From: Bryobacterales bacterium
Lineage (GTDB): Bacteria; Acidobacteriota; Terriglobia; Bryobacterales; UBA6623
DNA: 64,000 nucleotides
Assembly: GCA_965214915.1 (NCBI GenBank)
Contig: CBDCCP010000002.1
Coordinates: 766,054-830,053, forward strand
Reading direction: 5' to 3'
Within the stretch, counting starts at the first letter, position 1; each line of letters starts with the position of its first letter. Positions 1 through 8,947 of this stretch are shown here, in pieces. A program made the translations under genes and the position numbers. The notes below the pieces were generated by a model that had not been told where the DNA came from, ran no database searches, and saw only the letters and a program-made list of their open reading frames with translations.

Positions 1-516
1 CCGGCGCTGCACGCCGAGTTGCAGGGAGCCGCGCGCGCCGGCGGGCTGTCGCTCAACGCGTACTGCGTGCGGCGGCTTGCGGAGGCCGGCCTCGGCGTTG
101 CCGGCGACGAAGACGTGACTTCACTGCTCGGGCGCGCCCGCGCTGTGGCCGGTGACGCGCTGTCGGCGGTAGTCCTGCACGGGTCCTGGGCGCGCGGCGA
201 AGCCACCCCCGCTTCGGACGTTGACACACTCATCGTCGTTGAGTCGCGCCTCGCGTTGAGCCGCGCCTTGTACCGCGCCTGGGACGCGCAGCCGATTACA
301 TGGCGAGGGCGCCGCGTGGACCCCCACTTCGTCCACTTGGCCCCGGAAGGGGAGTTCAGCGGTCTGTGGGCCGAGTTGGCGGTCGACGGGATCGTGCTGT
401 TCGAGCGCGATTGGAAGCTGTCGGCGTATCTGGCGCGCATACGCCGAGCGATTGTCGCCGGACGGCTGGTGCGGCGCGTCGTGCATGGACAGCCCTATTG
501 GGCGGAGACCGGGTGA
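1..516 (+). CDS. MNT-type nucleotidyltransferase (antitoxin-like) with N-terminal HicB/ribbon-helix-helix-like segment; 5' end runs off the window
   Basis: The frame is open from base 1. PALHAELQGAARAGGLSLNAYCVRRL resembles HicB/RHH tails. It is followed by the minimal NTase motif GSWARGEATPASDVDTLIVV. Stop TGA 514-516 overlaps the ATG of the next gene. Confidence 0.7.
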   Translation, partial: PALHAELQGAARAGGLSLNAYCVRRLAEAGLGVAGDEDVTSLLGRARAVAGDALSAVVLHGSWARGEATPASDVDTLIVVESRLALSRALYRAWDAQPITWRGRRVDPHFVHLAPEGEFSGLWAELAVDGIVLFERDWKLSAYLARIRRAIVAGRLVRRVVHGQPYWAETG

Positions 517-938
517 TGCGCAATCGCACCCTCGCTGCCGATTACGTCCGGCGCGCCGCGGCGCGCTTGCGGGCGATAGACGTCCTGCACGAGGCCGGCA
601 GTTGGGCCGACGTGGTCCGGGAATCGCAGGAAGCGGTCGAACTCGCCCTGAAGGGTCTGTTGCGCGCCGTCGGCGTCGACCCGCCGCGCGTGCATGATGT
701 CGCCGATGTGCTGGAGGCTGAGCGGAGTCGGCTGCCGGAGAGTTTGGCCGGGGATGTCAATCGGCTTGCCGCGGTCTCCCGCGCTTTGCGGCGCGACCGC
801 GAACTCGCCTTCTACGGCGCCGAGGACCTGACGCCGTCCGACTTTTACCGCAAAAGCGATGCCGACGAGGCGCGCGACGGCGCCAGGCTCGTGGTAGAAC
901 GGGTGCGCCCGCACGTCCCGGCCGAGGCCTCCTACTGA
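516..938 (+). CDS. HEPN domain protein, partner of the MNT gene
   Basis: ATG at 516 sits in a TGATG overlap with the upstream stop. The 140-aa helical protein (MRNRTLAADYVRRAAARLRAIDVLHEAG...RRDRELAFYG) matches the usual HEPN layout, with the R-x4-6-H-like region replaced by RRDRELAFYG. The gene order is the classical MNT-HEPN pair. Confidence 0.7.
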   Translation: MRNRTLAADYVRRAAARLRAIDVLHEAGSWADVVRESQEAVELALKGLLRAVGVDPPRVHDVADVLEAERSRLPESLAGDVNRLAAVSRALRRDRELAFYGAEDLTPSDFYRKSDADEARDGARLVVERVRPHVPAEASY

Positions 939-1139
939 ATTGCCTGCCTGTCTTTCGGAACCGCTCGGCCCGCTCCTCGCGCCGGATCGGCTCCCTCTCC
1001 CGCTACGCTTCCAGGCTTCCGTCCCACCGCTGCAGCGCCGTCGCCGGCGTTCCCGGCCGGACCCCTGGTTGCGCCGCGCGAGCAATGGCGGGAAGCCGTT
1101 CGTGCAAACGCCGCGCGAAAATTCAATAGGTTCGCCGCG

Positions 1140-1307
1140 ATGTGCCGCGAGCCCGGCCTGCCCGACTACATCCCGCAAGCGCTGGTCACGATCTACCACG
1201 CAGCCGCTCAAGGCTTTCTGGGCAGGGTAACCGACGATATCGAGACCCTGACCGGCAGACCGCCCGAAAGACTCGAAAATTTTCTGGCAAGGTCTCTCGC
1301 CGCCTGA
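1140..1307 (+). pseudogene. Relic of the C-terminus of an NmrA-like / atypical SDR NAD(P)-binding protein
   Basis: The 55-codon ORF MCREPGLPDYIPQALVTIYHAAAQGFLGRVTDDIETLTGRPPERLENFLARSLAA resembles the conserved C-terminal tail of NmrA-family proteins. No Rossmann part lies upstream in any frame. Confidence 0.4.
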
Positions 1308-1376
1308 CCTCCGGCGCGAGCGGTTGTCTTCGCGGGCCAGGCCGCTTGGTCGCCCCTGACGTGCGGTCCGTTCCGG

Positions 1377-2432
1377 TCAGGGCGCTCCCCGCAACCAGAT
1401 CGCAACCAGAGCCGCCACGGCGGCGAGTCCTAAGCCAAGAATCCAGACGCCGCCCCAGTTGAGCGAGATGTCAGCGGACCCGTCCGCAAGGGCCGGCGCG
1501 GACGGATCGAGGTAGCCGTAGAGGCGATCTGTGGCCGGTGTCGAGACAGACGTCGATGCGGAAAGCTTGCGGAACTCATCGGCGATGGTCTTCATCTCAT
1601 CCCGCGCACCGTCGGCGTGACCGATCTTGACGCTCATCTCATCGCTTCCAATCATGCGGCGCATGATGACGAGAAGCAGCGGCTCGGGAAGCCATCGGAA
1701 AATGCGGTGGTTGGCCGGCGTGATGGGAATGCCCTGCGCGCTCAGAACGCTGTATCCTTCGCGAATCGCCCGGAGCATGAGCACGAGCGCATCGCGAGTG
1801 CGCGCCAGCCGGCGGTGGTCGCCTCCTGCCATGTACAACGCATTCGCCGTCGGACTGATCTTCGCGACGTGGGTCTTGAGCCAGGCGTCCATGTTCGAGC
1901 AGATCTGGACCGGAAACCCACCGGCGGTCAGGGCCTTCTCAATCGCCTCGATCCGCGGGGACCGGGCGCCGTCGAGCTCGCCAATGGTCGTCGGCTGCTC
2001 CAGCGCCGAAGTAATCAAGTAGCGGATGCGACCGTCGAGGCTCACTGCGGCGGCGCCCGGAAACCCGAGAAGCACCCGGTCGCGACCAAGCGCGTCGACC
2101 ATCTCGCGAGGCCCGGCGGCATTGTTCCCAAAGAACATGACGCTGGGTGTTTCTCGGTTGGCCGCCAGGATCGGCAAGACTTCCGCCACGTGGTTCTTGG
2201 GCAGGATGACAAGAACAAGGTCATAGGCGTCATTCGCATCGAGCCGTTCGACGGCGTCGACCCGCGCCTCGGTCGGTTCTCCGGTGACGGCATGCTCGAG
2301 CTGGAGCCCATGGACACGAATATCAGCGAGACGCTTCCCTCTCGCGAGGATGGAGACGTTCTGTCCTGACGCCCCCAGGAGAGCCGCATACAGACTGCCC
2401 ATGTTGCCGGCGCCGTATACCAGGATCTTCAT
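1377..2432 (-). CDS. Ketopantoate reductase (ApbA/PanE) family oxidoreductase with C-terminal hydrophobic tail
   Basis: N-terminal Rossmann motif MKILVYGAGNMGSLYAALLGASG. The length and central region are typical of the 2-dehydropantoate 2-reductase family. The last ~35 aa (WGGVWILGLGLAAVAALVAIWL) form a predicted TM helix. Confidence 0.8.
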   Translation of the reverse strand: MKILVYGAGNMGSLYAALLGASGQNVSILARGKRLADIRVHGLQLEHAVTGEPTEARVDAVERLDANDAYDLVLVILPKNHVAEVLPILAANRETPSVMFFGNNAAGPREMVDALGRDRVLLGFPGAAAVSLDGRIRYLITSALEQPTTIGELDGARSPRIEAIEKALTAGGFPVQICSNMDAWLKTHVAKISPTANALYMAGGDHRRLARTRDALVLMLRAIREGYSVLSAQGIPITPANHRIFRWLPEPLLLVIMRRMIGSDEMSVKIGHADGARDEMKTIADEFRKLSASTSVSTPATDRLYGYLDPSAPALADGSADISLNWGGVWILGLGLAAVAALVAIWLRGAP

Positions 2433-2682
2433 CGGCTACACGCCTTGCTGTGACGAGACATCGAACGTCTGACTGACCGCGGGCTTTGGCGGTCATCGTG
2501 CATATAGGGAAAATAACCGGCCGATCCGGGCTGAGGGGCGAGTAGCGTCAGGCCGCCGCAGGGGGCGTCAAGGGCCGGGACGCGCAACGCGCCCGCGCAT
2601 GTTGCCGGCGTCAGCATGAGCCGCGCGTGCAGAGGAATGCCGCCTTTTCGGCCCGTCAGCTCACCGGATGGACTCGAATAGC

Positions 2683-2856
2683 TTACCGCGATACCGGGCC
2701 GGCAGCGCAGATCGCCGGGTTGGCCGAGTAGACGCGGATGCGGTCGTTCGCGCCGATCACGCGCGAAGAAGAAGCCGCCGCGGGCGCAAGCGCGGCTGCT
2801 GGGGAAGCAGCCGTCAGTCCGGCGGAATTCTTCAGGAAAGAGCGGCGACTCGAGAA
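2683..2856 (-). pseudogene. Relic: Tat signal plus first Rossmann strand of a Gfo/Idh/MocA-type oxidoreductase
   Basis: The translation SSRRSFLKNSAGLTAASPAAALAPAAASSSRVIGANDRIRV then breaks off (YSANPAICAAGPVSR, stop). No in-frame start codon lies near the twin-arginine motif. Four intact genes elsewhere in the window begin in the same way. Confidence 0.3.
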
Positions 2857-3211
2857 GACATGTTGAACTCCTGGGGGATGGTTCCATTCCTGTCTCAGGG
2901 TAGTCAAGCGGCGTCCGAGACGGCAACCGCCGGCCGGCCGGGCAATGACAAGGTTGGAGAGACCCTGATGCGAGCCGTTCGCCTCGAAAAACCTCGCCAT
3001 CTCGAATACGTCCTTTACAAATAACGACAACTTCCAGCCTCAAACTTCGGTTTGGCGCCCGCGGCAGGGCTTATAATGCGTGTGACTCTCGAAGCGAAGC
3101 GGTCGGCGCAAGGGTGTAACACGATACGCGCGCAGATTCGACCGTCCAACGCTGCGCGCTCGGACTGACCTGCCGGCCGCGGCTCTCAGCCGCGCAACCG
3201 TTGGAGGAGAG

Positions 3212-6200
3212 ATGACCAAGAGATCCGTCGCGCTCGCAGCCTTGATTGCGCTGCTTTCCGTTTCTGCCGCATTCGGCCAGCAAGCGGACACGGCCGTCGT
3301 AGTCGGAGTCGTTGCCGACGCCACCGGCGCCGTGATTCCGGGAGTGGATATCCGTTTCACTCATGTCAGCACGGGCGCCGTGTACACGGCGCAAACCGAC
3401 GCAAGCGGTTTCTATCGAACTCCGCCGCTGCGCATCGGCGAATACCGCATGGAAGCCGAATCGACCGGCTTCAAGCGCATTCAACGCACCGGGGTCGTTC
3501 TGAACGCCGGCGACACCCGCCAAGTGGATTTGGCGCTCGAAGTCGGCGAAGTCACCGAAACGATCGAGGTCGTGGCCCAGGCGCCGTTGCTGCAAACCCA
3601 GGAAGGGGCGACCGGCACGGTAATGGACAATCAGCAGATTCTCGAGTTGCCGTTGAACGGACGCGATTACCTGCAGCTTGCGCGCATCTCGGCCGGCGTC
3701 ACGCCGCCGGCGCGCTCGGAGGTCGCCAACCGGCAGGGCGTCAGCGTCGGCGGCTCACAGGCCACCCAGGTCAACTTTGTCATCGACGGCATCGACAACA
3801 ACAACCAGTCGATCGCTTCCCAAGGCGGTCAAAAAGAAGCCATCAAGCCGCAAATCGACGCCGTGCAGGAGTTCAAGATACTGACCAACGCTTACTCCGC
3901 GGAATTCGGGCGCTCGATGGGCGGCGTCGTCACCATGACCACCAAGTCGGGATCCAACGAAATACACGGCTCGGTCTTCGAATTTCTGCGCAACGAGGGA
4001 CTCGACGCCAGAAATTTCTTCGTTCCGCACGGCGCCGACAAGCCGCCGTTCAAGCGCAATCAATACGGCTTTTCGCTGGGCGGTCCGGTCAAAAAGAACA
4101 ACGCCTTCCTGTTCGGCGATATGGAATTCACCGACATCCGCGAATCGACTACGCGCGTGAACACGATTCCCAACCTGATCGAACGCACGGGCGATTTTTC
4201 GGGCGAGAGCAACATCATCCGCGATCCGATGACCACCGATGCGGAAACCTTGACCCGCGCCCCTTTCCCCAACAACGTCATTCCCGAGAGCCGCATCGAC
4301 ACGGTCTCGCGGATCACCCGCGACTGGTGGCCGACGCCGACCAACAGCGGCCGCACACGCAATCACGTTTGGGTTCCGCCCCGGAACCAGGATCTGAATC
4401 GTTGGGACGTGCGCTACGACCAGAACCTCGACGATAAGAACAACTTCTACTTCCGCCTCAGCGGCCAGCAGACCGACAACGGGCGCGTGCCGGTGTTGCC
4501 CGACAGCGCGGACGGCCTGTATCTGCAAGGGAAAGACGTGGACATCACCAATCGGCAGATGGCGCTGGTTTACAACGGCGTCTGGTCGCCCAATCTCGTA
4601 GGCTCGTTCCGCACCGGCTGGAGCTACATCGACACCGGCGTCACGCACGCCAACGACGTTCCCGTGAATCCGATCATCGGCTTGAACATGGGCAACGGCC
4701 TGGACATCTCCACTCCGGGCTCGGGCAGCTTCAACCCCGCTGGTTTCCGCGGCGTCGGAAGCTGCTGCTTCAACTTCATCGCTTCGCAGACGCGGCAATT
4801 TTCGGGGGATATCACCTGGACGAAGGGTCGGCACACCGTGAAATTCGGACACACGACGTTCTGGCTGCAAAGCCAGATATTCAATGCCGGCTTCATCACC
4901 GGCAACCATCCTTTCGACGGCCGCTTTACCGAAAACCCCGGCGACCGCAGCGGCGGCGATTCGTTGGCCGATTATCTGCTCGGCTTCCCCAACAATGTGC
5001 GCAACTCGAACCACCGCCACATGGCCTTGCGCGCGCCGTGGCTGCACCAATACGTTCAAGACGACTGGCGAGTGACCGACAAGCTGACAGTCAATATCGG
5101 CTTGCGCTACGAGCTGAGCCTGCCCTGGGTCGACAAGTTCGACAAGATCTCCAACCTCGATGTCGATACCGATCTGAGCCGACCCGCTTTCGTCGTCGTG
5201 GGCGAGCGGGGCGAGGGGCGCTTCAATCGGGCGCTGGTAACATCGGACACCAACAACTTCGCGCCGCGCCTCGGGTTCGCCTACCGCTGGCGGGAGGACA
5301 CCGTTTTCCGCGGCGGTTTCGGGTTGTTCTACGCCAATACGATGAACACCGGAGGGGGCGAGTTCATGGAGACCAATCCGCCGTCTCACGTCAAGACGCA
5401 AATCGACACGAACCGCATCGCGCCGACGATCAGCTTGCAGGCGGGGCAAGGCGAGGGCGCTCTGAGACCGGAGAACTCTCCCGCTCTGGTGCCCGGCTCA
5501 TTCGAAATCGACCCGCCGTGGCCGGTGGCTGCGCAGTGGAACTTCAATATCCAGAAGCAACTGCCGAACAATATCCTGTGGGAGATCGGCTACTTCGGCA
5601 CGAAGGGAACGCACATCATCCGCAGATACAACCTGAACTACGCGATTCCCGGGCCGGGCAATCCCAACAGCCGGCGGCGCTGGCAGAGCGTGCGCTTCCC
5701 CGGAACCGACGTGGACGTGGGCCTCTCGTTCCTGCACAACTTCCGCAACGACTCCAACTCGAACTATCACGCGCTGCAGACCAAGGTCGAAAAGCGCTAC
5801 GGCAGCGGACTGAGCTTCCTGTTTTCCTACACCTGGTCCAAGGCGATCGGCGATTACAGCTTCATCCCCGGCGAAGACCGCGGCATCGGGGCGAATTGGG
5901 GCGTGCAGAACGCTCTGGACCTTCATGCCGAGCGATCCCTGCTGAACCAGCATGTCACTCACCGGGCGGTCGCCAGCTATCTGTACGACCTTCCCTTCGG
6001 ACGCCGCCGCAAATACGGTTCCGACTGGGGAGGGGCGATGAACGCCATCCTCGGCGGCTGGACGGTCGGGGGCATCAACAGCTTTATCACCGGCTTCCCG
6101 ATGAACCTGTCGGTCAGGGGCAATCCTTCGAATACCGGGGGGTTCAATCTCGACCGGCCTAACGTCGTCGGGGAGTGGAGGATTCCGCGGAATGAGCGGG

Positions 6201-6496
6201 GACCCGACCGCTGGTTCAATACCGGAGCTTTCGTCCGCAACGACCCGTTTACTTTCGGCAACGCGGGGAGAAACATCCTGGAAGCGCCGGGAACCATCAA
6301 GTTCGACCTTGCCTTGCATAAGAACTTCCAAGTCAACGAGAAGTTTCGAATACAATTCCGGGCCGAGGTTTTCAACGCTTTCAACACTCCGATCTTCGAC
6401 GGGCCGAACTTGCAGGTCGGCAACCGCAACCTCGGGGTCATCTCGAACGCGGCGCCCGGGCGCGTGATGCAGATGGGCTTGAAGGTCATTTTCTAG
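3212..6496 (+). CDS. TonB-dependent outer-membrane receptor with carboxypeptidase-regulatory-like N-terminal domain
   Basis: Signal peptide (ALLSVSAAFGQQ). CarboxypepD_reg-like stretch (VVGVVADATGAVIPGVDIRF...GFYRTPPLRIGEYRMEAESTGF). Plug-like region. Long beta-barrel ending in an aromatic terminal residue (GLKVIF). Strong GGAGGAG RBS before the ATG. Confidence 0.9.
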   Translation: MTKRSVALAALIALLSVSAAFGQQADTAVVVGVVADATGAVIPGVDIRFTHVSTGAVYTAQTDASGFYRTPPLRIGEYRMEAESTGFKRIQRTGVVLNAGDTRQVDLALEVGEVTETIEVVAQAPLLQTQEGATGTVMDNQQILELPLNGRDYLQLARISAGVTPPARSEVANRQGVSVGGSQATQVNFVIDGIDNNNQSIASQGGQKEAIKPQIDAVQEFKILTNAYSAEFGRSMGGVVTMTTKSGSNEIHGSVFEFLRNEGLDARNFFVPHGADKPPFKRNQYGFSLGGPVKKNNAFLFGDMEFTDIRESTTRVNTIPNLIERTGDFSGESNIIRDPMTTDAETLTRAPFPNNVIPESRIDTVSRITRDWWPTPTNSGRTRNHVWVPPRNQDLNRWDVRYDQNLDDKNNFYFRLSGQQTDNGRVPVLPDSADGLYLQGKDVDITNRQMALVYNGVWSPNLVGSFRTGWSYIDTGVTHANDVPVNPIIGLNMGNGLDISTPGSGSFNPAGFRGVGSCCFNFIASQTRQFSGDITWTKGRHTVKFGHTTFWLQSQIFNAGFITGNHPFDGRFTENPGDRSGGDSLADYLLGFPNNVRNSNHRHMALRAPWLHQYVQDDWRVTDKLTVNIGLRYELSLPWVDKFDKISNLDVDTDLSRPAFVVVGERGEGRFNRALVTSDTNNFAPRLGFAYRWREDTVFRGGFGLFYANTMNTGGGEFMETNPPSHVKTQIDTNRIAPTISLQAGQGEGALRPENSPALVPGSFEIDPPWPVAAQWNFNIQKQLPNNILWEIGYFGTKGTHIIRRYNLNYAIPGPGNPNSRRRWQSVRFPGTDVDVGLSFLHNFRNDSNSNYHALQTKVEKRYGSGLSFLFSYTWSKAIGDYSFIPGEDRGIGANWGVQNALDLHAERSLLNQHVTHRAVASYLYDLPFGRRRKYGSDWGGAMNAILGGWTVGGINSFITGFPMNLSVRGNPSNTGGFNLDRPNVVGEWRIPRNERGPDRWFNTGAFVRNDPFTFGNAGRNILEAPGTIKFDLALHKNFQVNEKFRIQFRAEVFNAFNTPIFDGPNLQVGNRNLGVISNAAPGRVMQMGLKVIF

Positions 6497-6528
6497 GGCG
6501 GTTTTTCGCAGGCGGCTCCGGCCGCTGT

Positions 6529-7956
6529 ATGATGACCGCGGTGCTTGCAAAGCGCGCTCTATTGTCCGCGGCGCTCGTCGTCATGGCGTCGGGCTGCTCC
6601 GATAGCGGCCGCGCGGATCTGCCGGCCGTGCCCCGTTTAGCGGAGGAGGATTTCTCGCCCGATGCGCGGGACGAGGCCGGGCGGCGCCTGGAGGCCGTCC
6701 GCGCCGCTCCGGACGATCCGCGGGTCAACGGCGAGCTCGGCATGTTTCTGCACGCCCGCGAGCGCTTCGATGCGGCCAAGGTTTTCTACCGCCGGGCCGC
6801 GGCGCTGTCCGGCGGAAATGTCGATTGGACCTATTTGCTCGGAGTCGTCGAGCAGCGCGACGGGGCTTACGAGCAAGCGGCGGAGGCGTTTCGCGCGACG
6901 CTCGCCCGGCGCGCCTCCGCACCGGCCGCGATTCGTCTCGGCGAGGTCCTCGAGTCGCTCCAACGCCGCCGGGAAGCGCGGGAAGCCTTCGAGGACGCTT
7001 TGCAGATCGACCGCAACGCGCCGGCGGCGTTCTACGCGCTCGGGCGCGCGCTGCTCGATCTCGGCGAAACGAAGCAGGCGATTGCCTTGCTGGAAAAGGC
7101 CGTGGCGCTGTCGCCGCAAGACGGAGCGGCATTCTATTCTCTGGGATTGGCCTACCGGGGCATCGGGGACGAGGCTTCGGCGAAACGGTATCTGCAACTG
7201 TCCCAAAGGCGTCCTCGGACGAAGCCGCCGATCAGGGACCCGATTCTGGCGAAAGTCGAGGAACTCAGCGCCGACCGGCACTACTATCTGAATCTCGGCC
7301 GCCGATTGGAAGCGGGCGGCCAACGAGAGAAAGCGATCGAAGCCTACCAAAAGGCGCTCGCGCTCGACCCCGGCATGGCGGCGGCGCACGCCAATCTGGT
7401 CGGCGCTTACGGTCGGCGGGGGGAGTTCGGAAAGGCCGAAGCCCATTACCGCGCAGCGCTCGCCAGCGACCCGAATCTGGAAGAACTGCACAATAATTGG
7501 GGCGTCGTGCAGGCCATGCAAGAAAACCCGGCCGCGGCGGCCGACGCATTCCGAAAAGCCCTCGGCCTCAATCCGCAATCGGCCGAGGCGCACGCCAATC
7601 TCGGCACGGCGCTCCTGCAGATGGGAGAGGGCAAAGCCGCGGCGGCGCATTTCGAGTCCGCCCTGTCCAACGACCCCGCGCACCGCGTCTCCCGCTTGCA
7701 TCTGGGGCGGCATGCGCTTGGCGCCGGGCGCTTCGCCGATGCGATCGAGCATCTCGAGAAAGCGCTCGAGGGGCCGCCCAACGACCGACTCATGCCGTTC
7801 GTGCTCCAAACGCTTGCCGAAACGTACCGCCGAGCGGGCATGGAGCGCCAGGCGGTCGAGACCGCCCGGCGCGCGCTCGATGCGGCCGAGGCGCTTGGCA
7901 TGACCGATCTGGCCGCCCAAATCCGCCGCGAAGCGCAATCCGCTTCCGGGCCTTGA
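6529..7956 (+). CDS. TPR-repeat lipoprotein
   Basis: Lipobox VMASGC. Repeated 34-aa TPR units (AxxxYxxAL..P....A..NLG pattern) continue to the C-terminus. Confidence 0.8.
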   Translation: MMTAVLAKRALLSAALVVMASGCSDSGRADLPAVPRLAEEDFSPDARDEAGRRLEAVRAAPDDPRVNGELGMFLHARERFDAAKVFYRRAAALSGGNVDWTYLLGVVEQRDGAYEQAAEAFRATLARRASAPAAIRLGEVLESLQRRREAREAFEDALQIDRNAPAAFYALGRALLDLGETKQAIALLEKAVALSPQDGAAFYSLGLAYRGIGDEASAKRYLQLSQRRPRTKPPIRDPILAKVEELSADRHYYLNLGRRLEAGGQREKAIEAYQKALALDPGMAAAHANLVGAYGRRGEFGKAEAHYRAALASDPNLEELHNNWGVVQAMQENPAAAADAFRKALGLNPQSAEAHANLGTALLQMGEGKAAAAHFESALSNDPAHRVSRLHLGRHALGAGRFADAIEHLEKALEGPPNDRLMPFVLQTLAETYRRAGMERQAVETARRALDAAEALGMTDLAAQIRREAQSASGP

Positions 7957-8048
7957 GCCTGCCGCTTGCCGCCGCTTCGGGCGTCGGGAGATTGAGGCGT
8001 CTATGTTAGTCTGAAAATTGCGGGGCGGCTTTGTCTGCCCGCCCGAAA

Positions 8049-8124
8049 GCCACGATAGCTCAGTTGGTAGAGCAGCGGTTTCGTAAACCGCAGGTCGTCG
8101 GTTCGAGTCCGACTCGTGGCTCCA
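8049..8124 (+). tRNA. tRNA-Thr (anticodon CGU), CCA encoded
   Basis: Hand-folded cloverleaf: acceptor GCCACGA/TCGTGGC, D stem GCTC/GAGC, anticodon stem GCGGT/ACCGC with loop TTCGTAA (CGT), T stem GTCGG/CCGAC with loop TTCGAGT, discriminator T, then CCA. Confidence 0.92.
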
Positions 8125-8257
8125 TTTTTCACCGAGACGGGTACTGGTAGGGCTGCTTGGCGTCTCGGACGCGCTGGGCCGATACCGGTCTGAACTGCTG
8201 AACCAAGCCGGAAGCGAATCGCAAATTCTGACCGGCCCCTCGTATTGCCTTTGATAT

Positions 8258-8280
8258 TTTGTTCGCTGAATGCGAACAAA
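8258..8280. promoter_or_regulatory. Perfect 9-bp inverted repeat (TTTGTTCGC-TGAAT-GCGAACAAA) 18 nt upstream of the RelE-like toxin start; candidate TA operator
   Basis: Read directly from the sequence. It lies in an AT-rich stretch immediately 5' of the toxin-antitoxin operon. Confidence 0.35.
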
Positions 8281-8297
8281 GTTCCATAAAGCGGGGC

Positions 8298-8567
8298 ATG
8301 AAAATCGAGTGGGCGACCAAGGCGGTAAAAGACATGCGCCGCCTCGCCGTACGGGATCGTGAGCGCATAATAGCCAAGGTGAAACAGTACGCCGGCGACC
8401 CAGCTTCGCTCGCCAATCGAGTGATCTCATTGACCGGCAGCAACCATCGTAGGATGAGAGTTGGCGCCTATCGAGTTTTGTTCGACATCAAGGCTGACAA
8501 AGTTGTCGCCATGGTTGTTCTCAGAGTTCGACACCGGAGGGAGGCTTATGACCAAGCTTGCGGCTAA
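8298..8567 (+). CDS. RelE/ParE-family type II toxin
   Basis: MKIEWATKAVKDMRRLAVRDRERIIAKVKQYAGDP...HRRMRVGAYRVLFDIKADKVVAMVVLRVRHRREAY matches the typical RelE/ParE architecture and C-terminal signature. It overlaps the downstream antitoxin gene by 20 nt. Confidence 0.75.
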   Translation: MKIEWATKAVKDMRRLAVRDRERIIAKVKQYAGDPASLANRVISLTGSNHRRMRVGAYRVLFDIKADKVVAMVVLRVRHRREAYDQACG

Positions 8568-8919
8568 GACGGAAACGGTTACGTTGATGCGGGCCGAGTA
8601 CGATGCTCTGATCGCGCGCAAAGAGGATCTTGAAGATACATTGGCTGCTATCGAGGCGGATGACGGCAGCCGCATCCCGCACGAAGCGGCGCTTGCCATC
8701 ATGCGCGGCGAGAACCCCTGTGCGGCGTTCCGTAACTATCGCGGCCTCACGCTGCGCGATCTTTCCGCCCGAACGGGTCTCTCGGCAAGCTATCTTTCCG
8801 AGATTGAGCACGGGCGCAAAACCGGCTCGGTTGCCGCGTTGTCCCGCATCGCCGGCGCGTTGGGCGCGACGGTCGACATTTTGATAGACCATGAGCTAGC
8901 GGACGGAAAACCTGCATGA
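8548..8919 (+). CDS. XRE-family helix-turn-helix antitoxin
   Basis: GGAGGGAGG RBS before ATG 8548. C-terminal HTH_XRE motif LTLRDLSARTGLSASYLSEIEHGRKTGSVAALSRIAGALG. Positioned downstream of the toxin (reverse TA order). Confidence 0.75.
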   Translation: MTKLAAKTETVTLMRAEYDALIARKEDLEDTLAAIEADDGSRIPHEAALAIMRGENPCAAFRNYRGLTLRDLSARTGLSASYLSEIEHGRKTGSVAALSRIAGALGATVDILIDHELADGKPA

Positions 8920-8947
8920 ACCGCGCGGTTTTTGCGATGCTATTGCC

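Noticed and set aside
3072-3077. Exact TATAAT hexamer 135 nt upstream of the first TonB receptor gene.
   Set aside because: No acceptable -35 element lies at 16-18 nt (TTTGGC at best), and acidobacterial promoter rules are poorly known. A single hexamer is not sufficient evidence.
3755-5449. Very long antisense or alternative-frame ORFs (for example 3755-5449 minus, 6637-8430 minus, 10147-11739 minus, 12535-14505 minus, 28582-31503 plus, 42362-44731 plus, 54665-56335 minus, 59861-60907 minus).
   Set aside because: All lie opposite or out of frame to genes with clear family signatures. Their translations are R/A/G/P-rich with no motifs. This is the expected stop-codon-poor shadow of roughly 70% G+C coding DNA.
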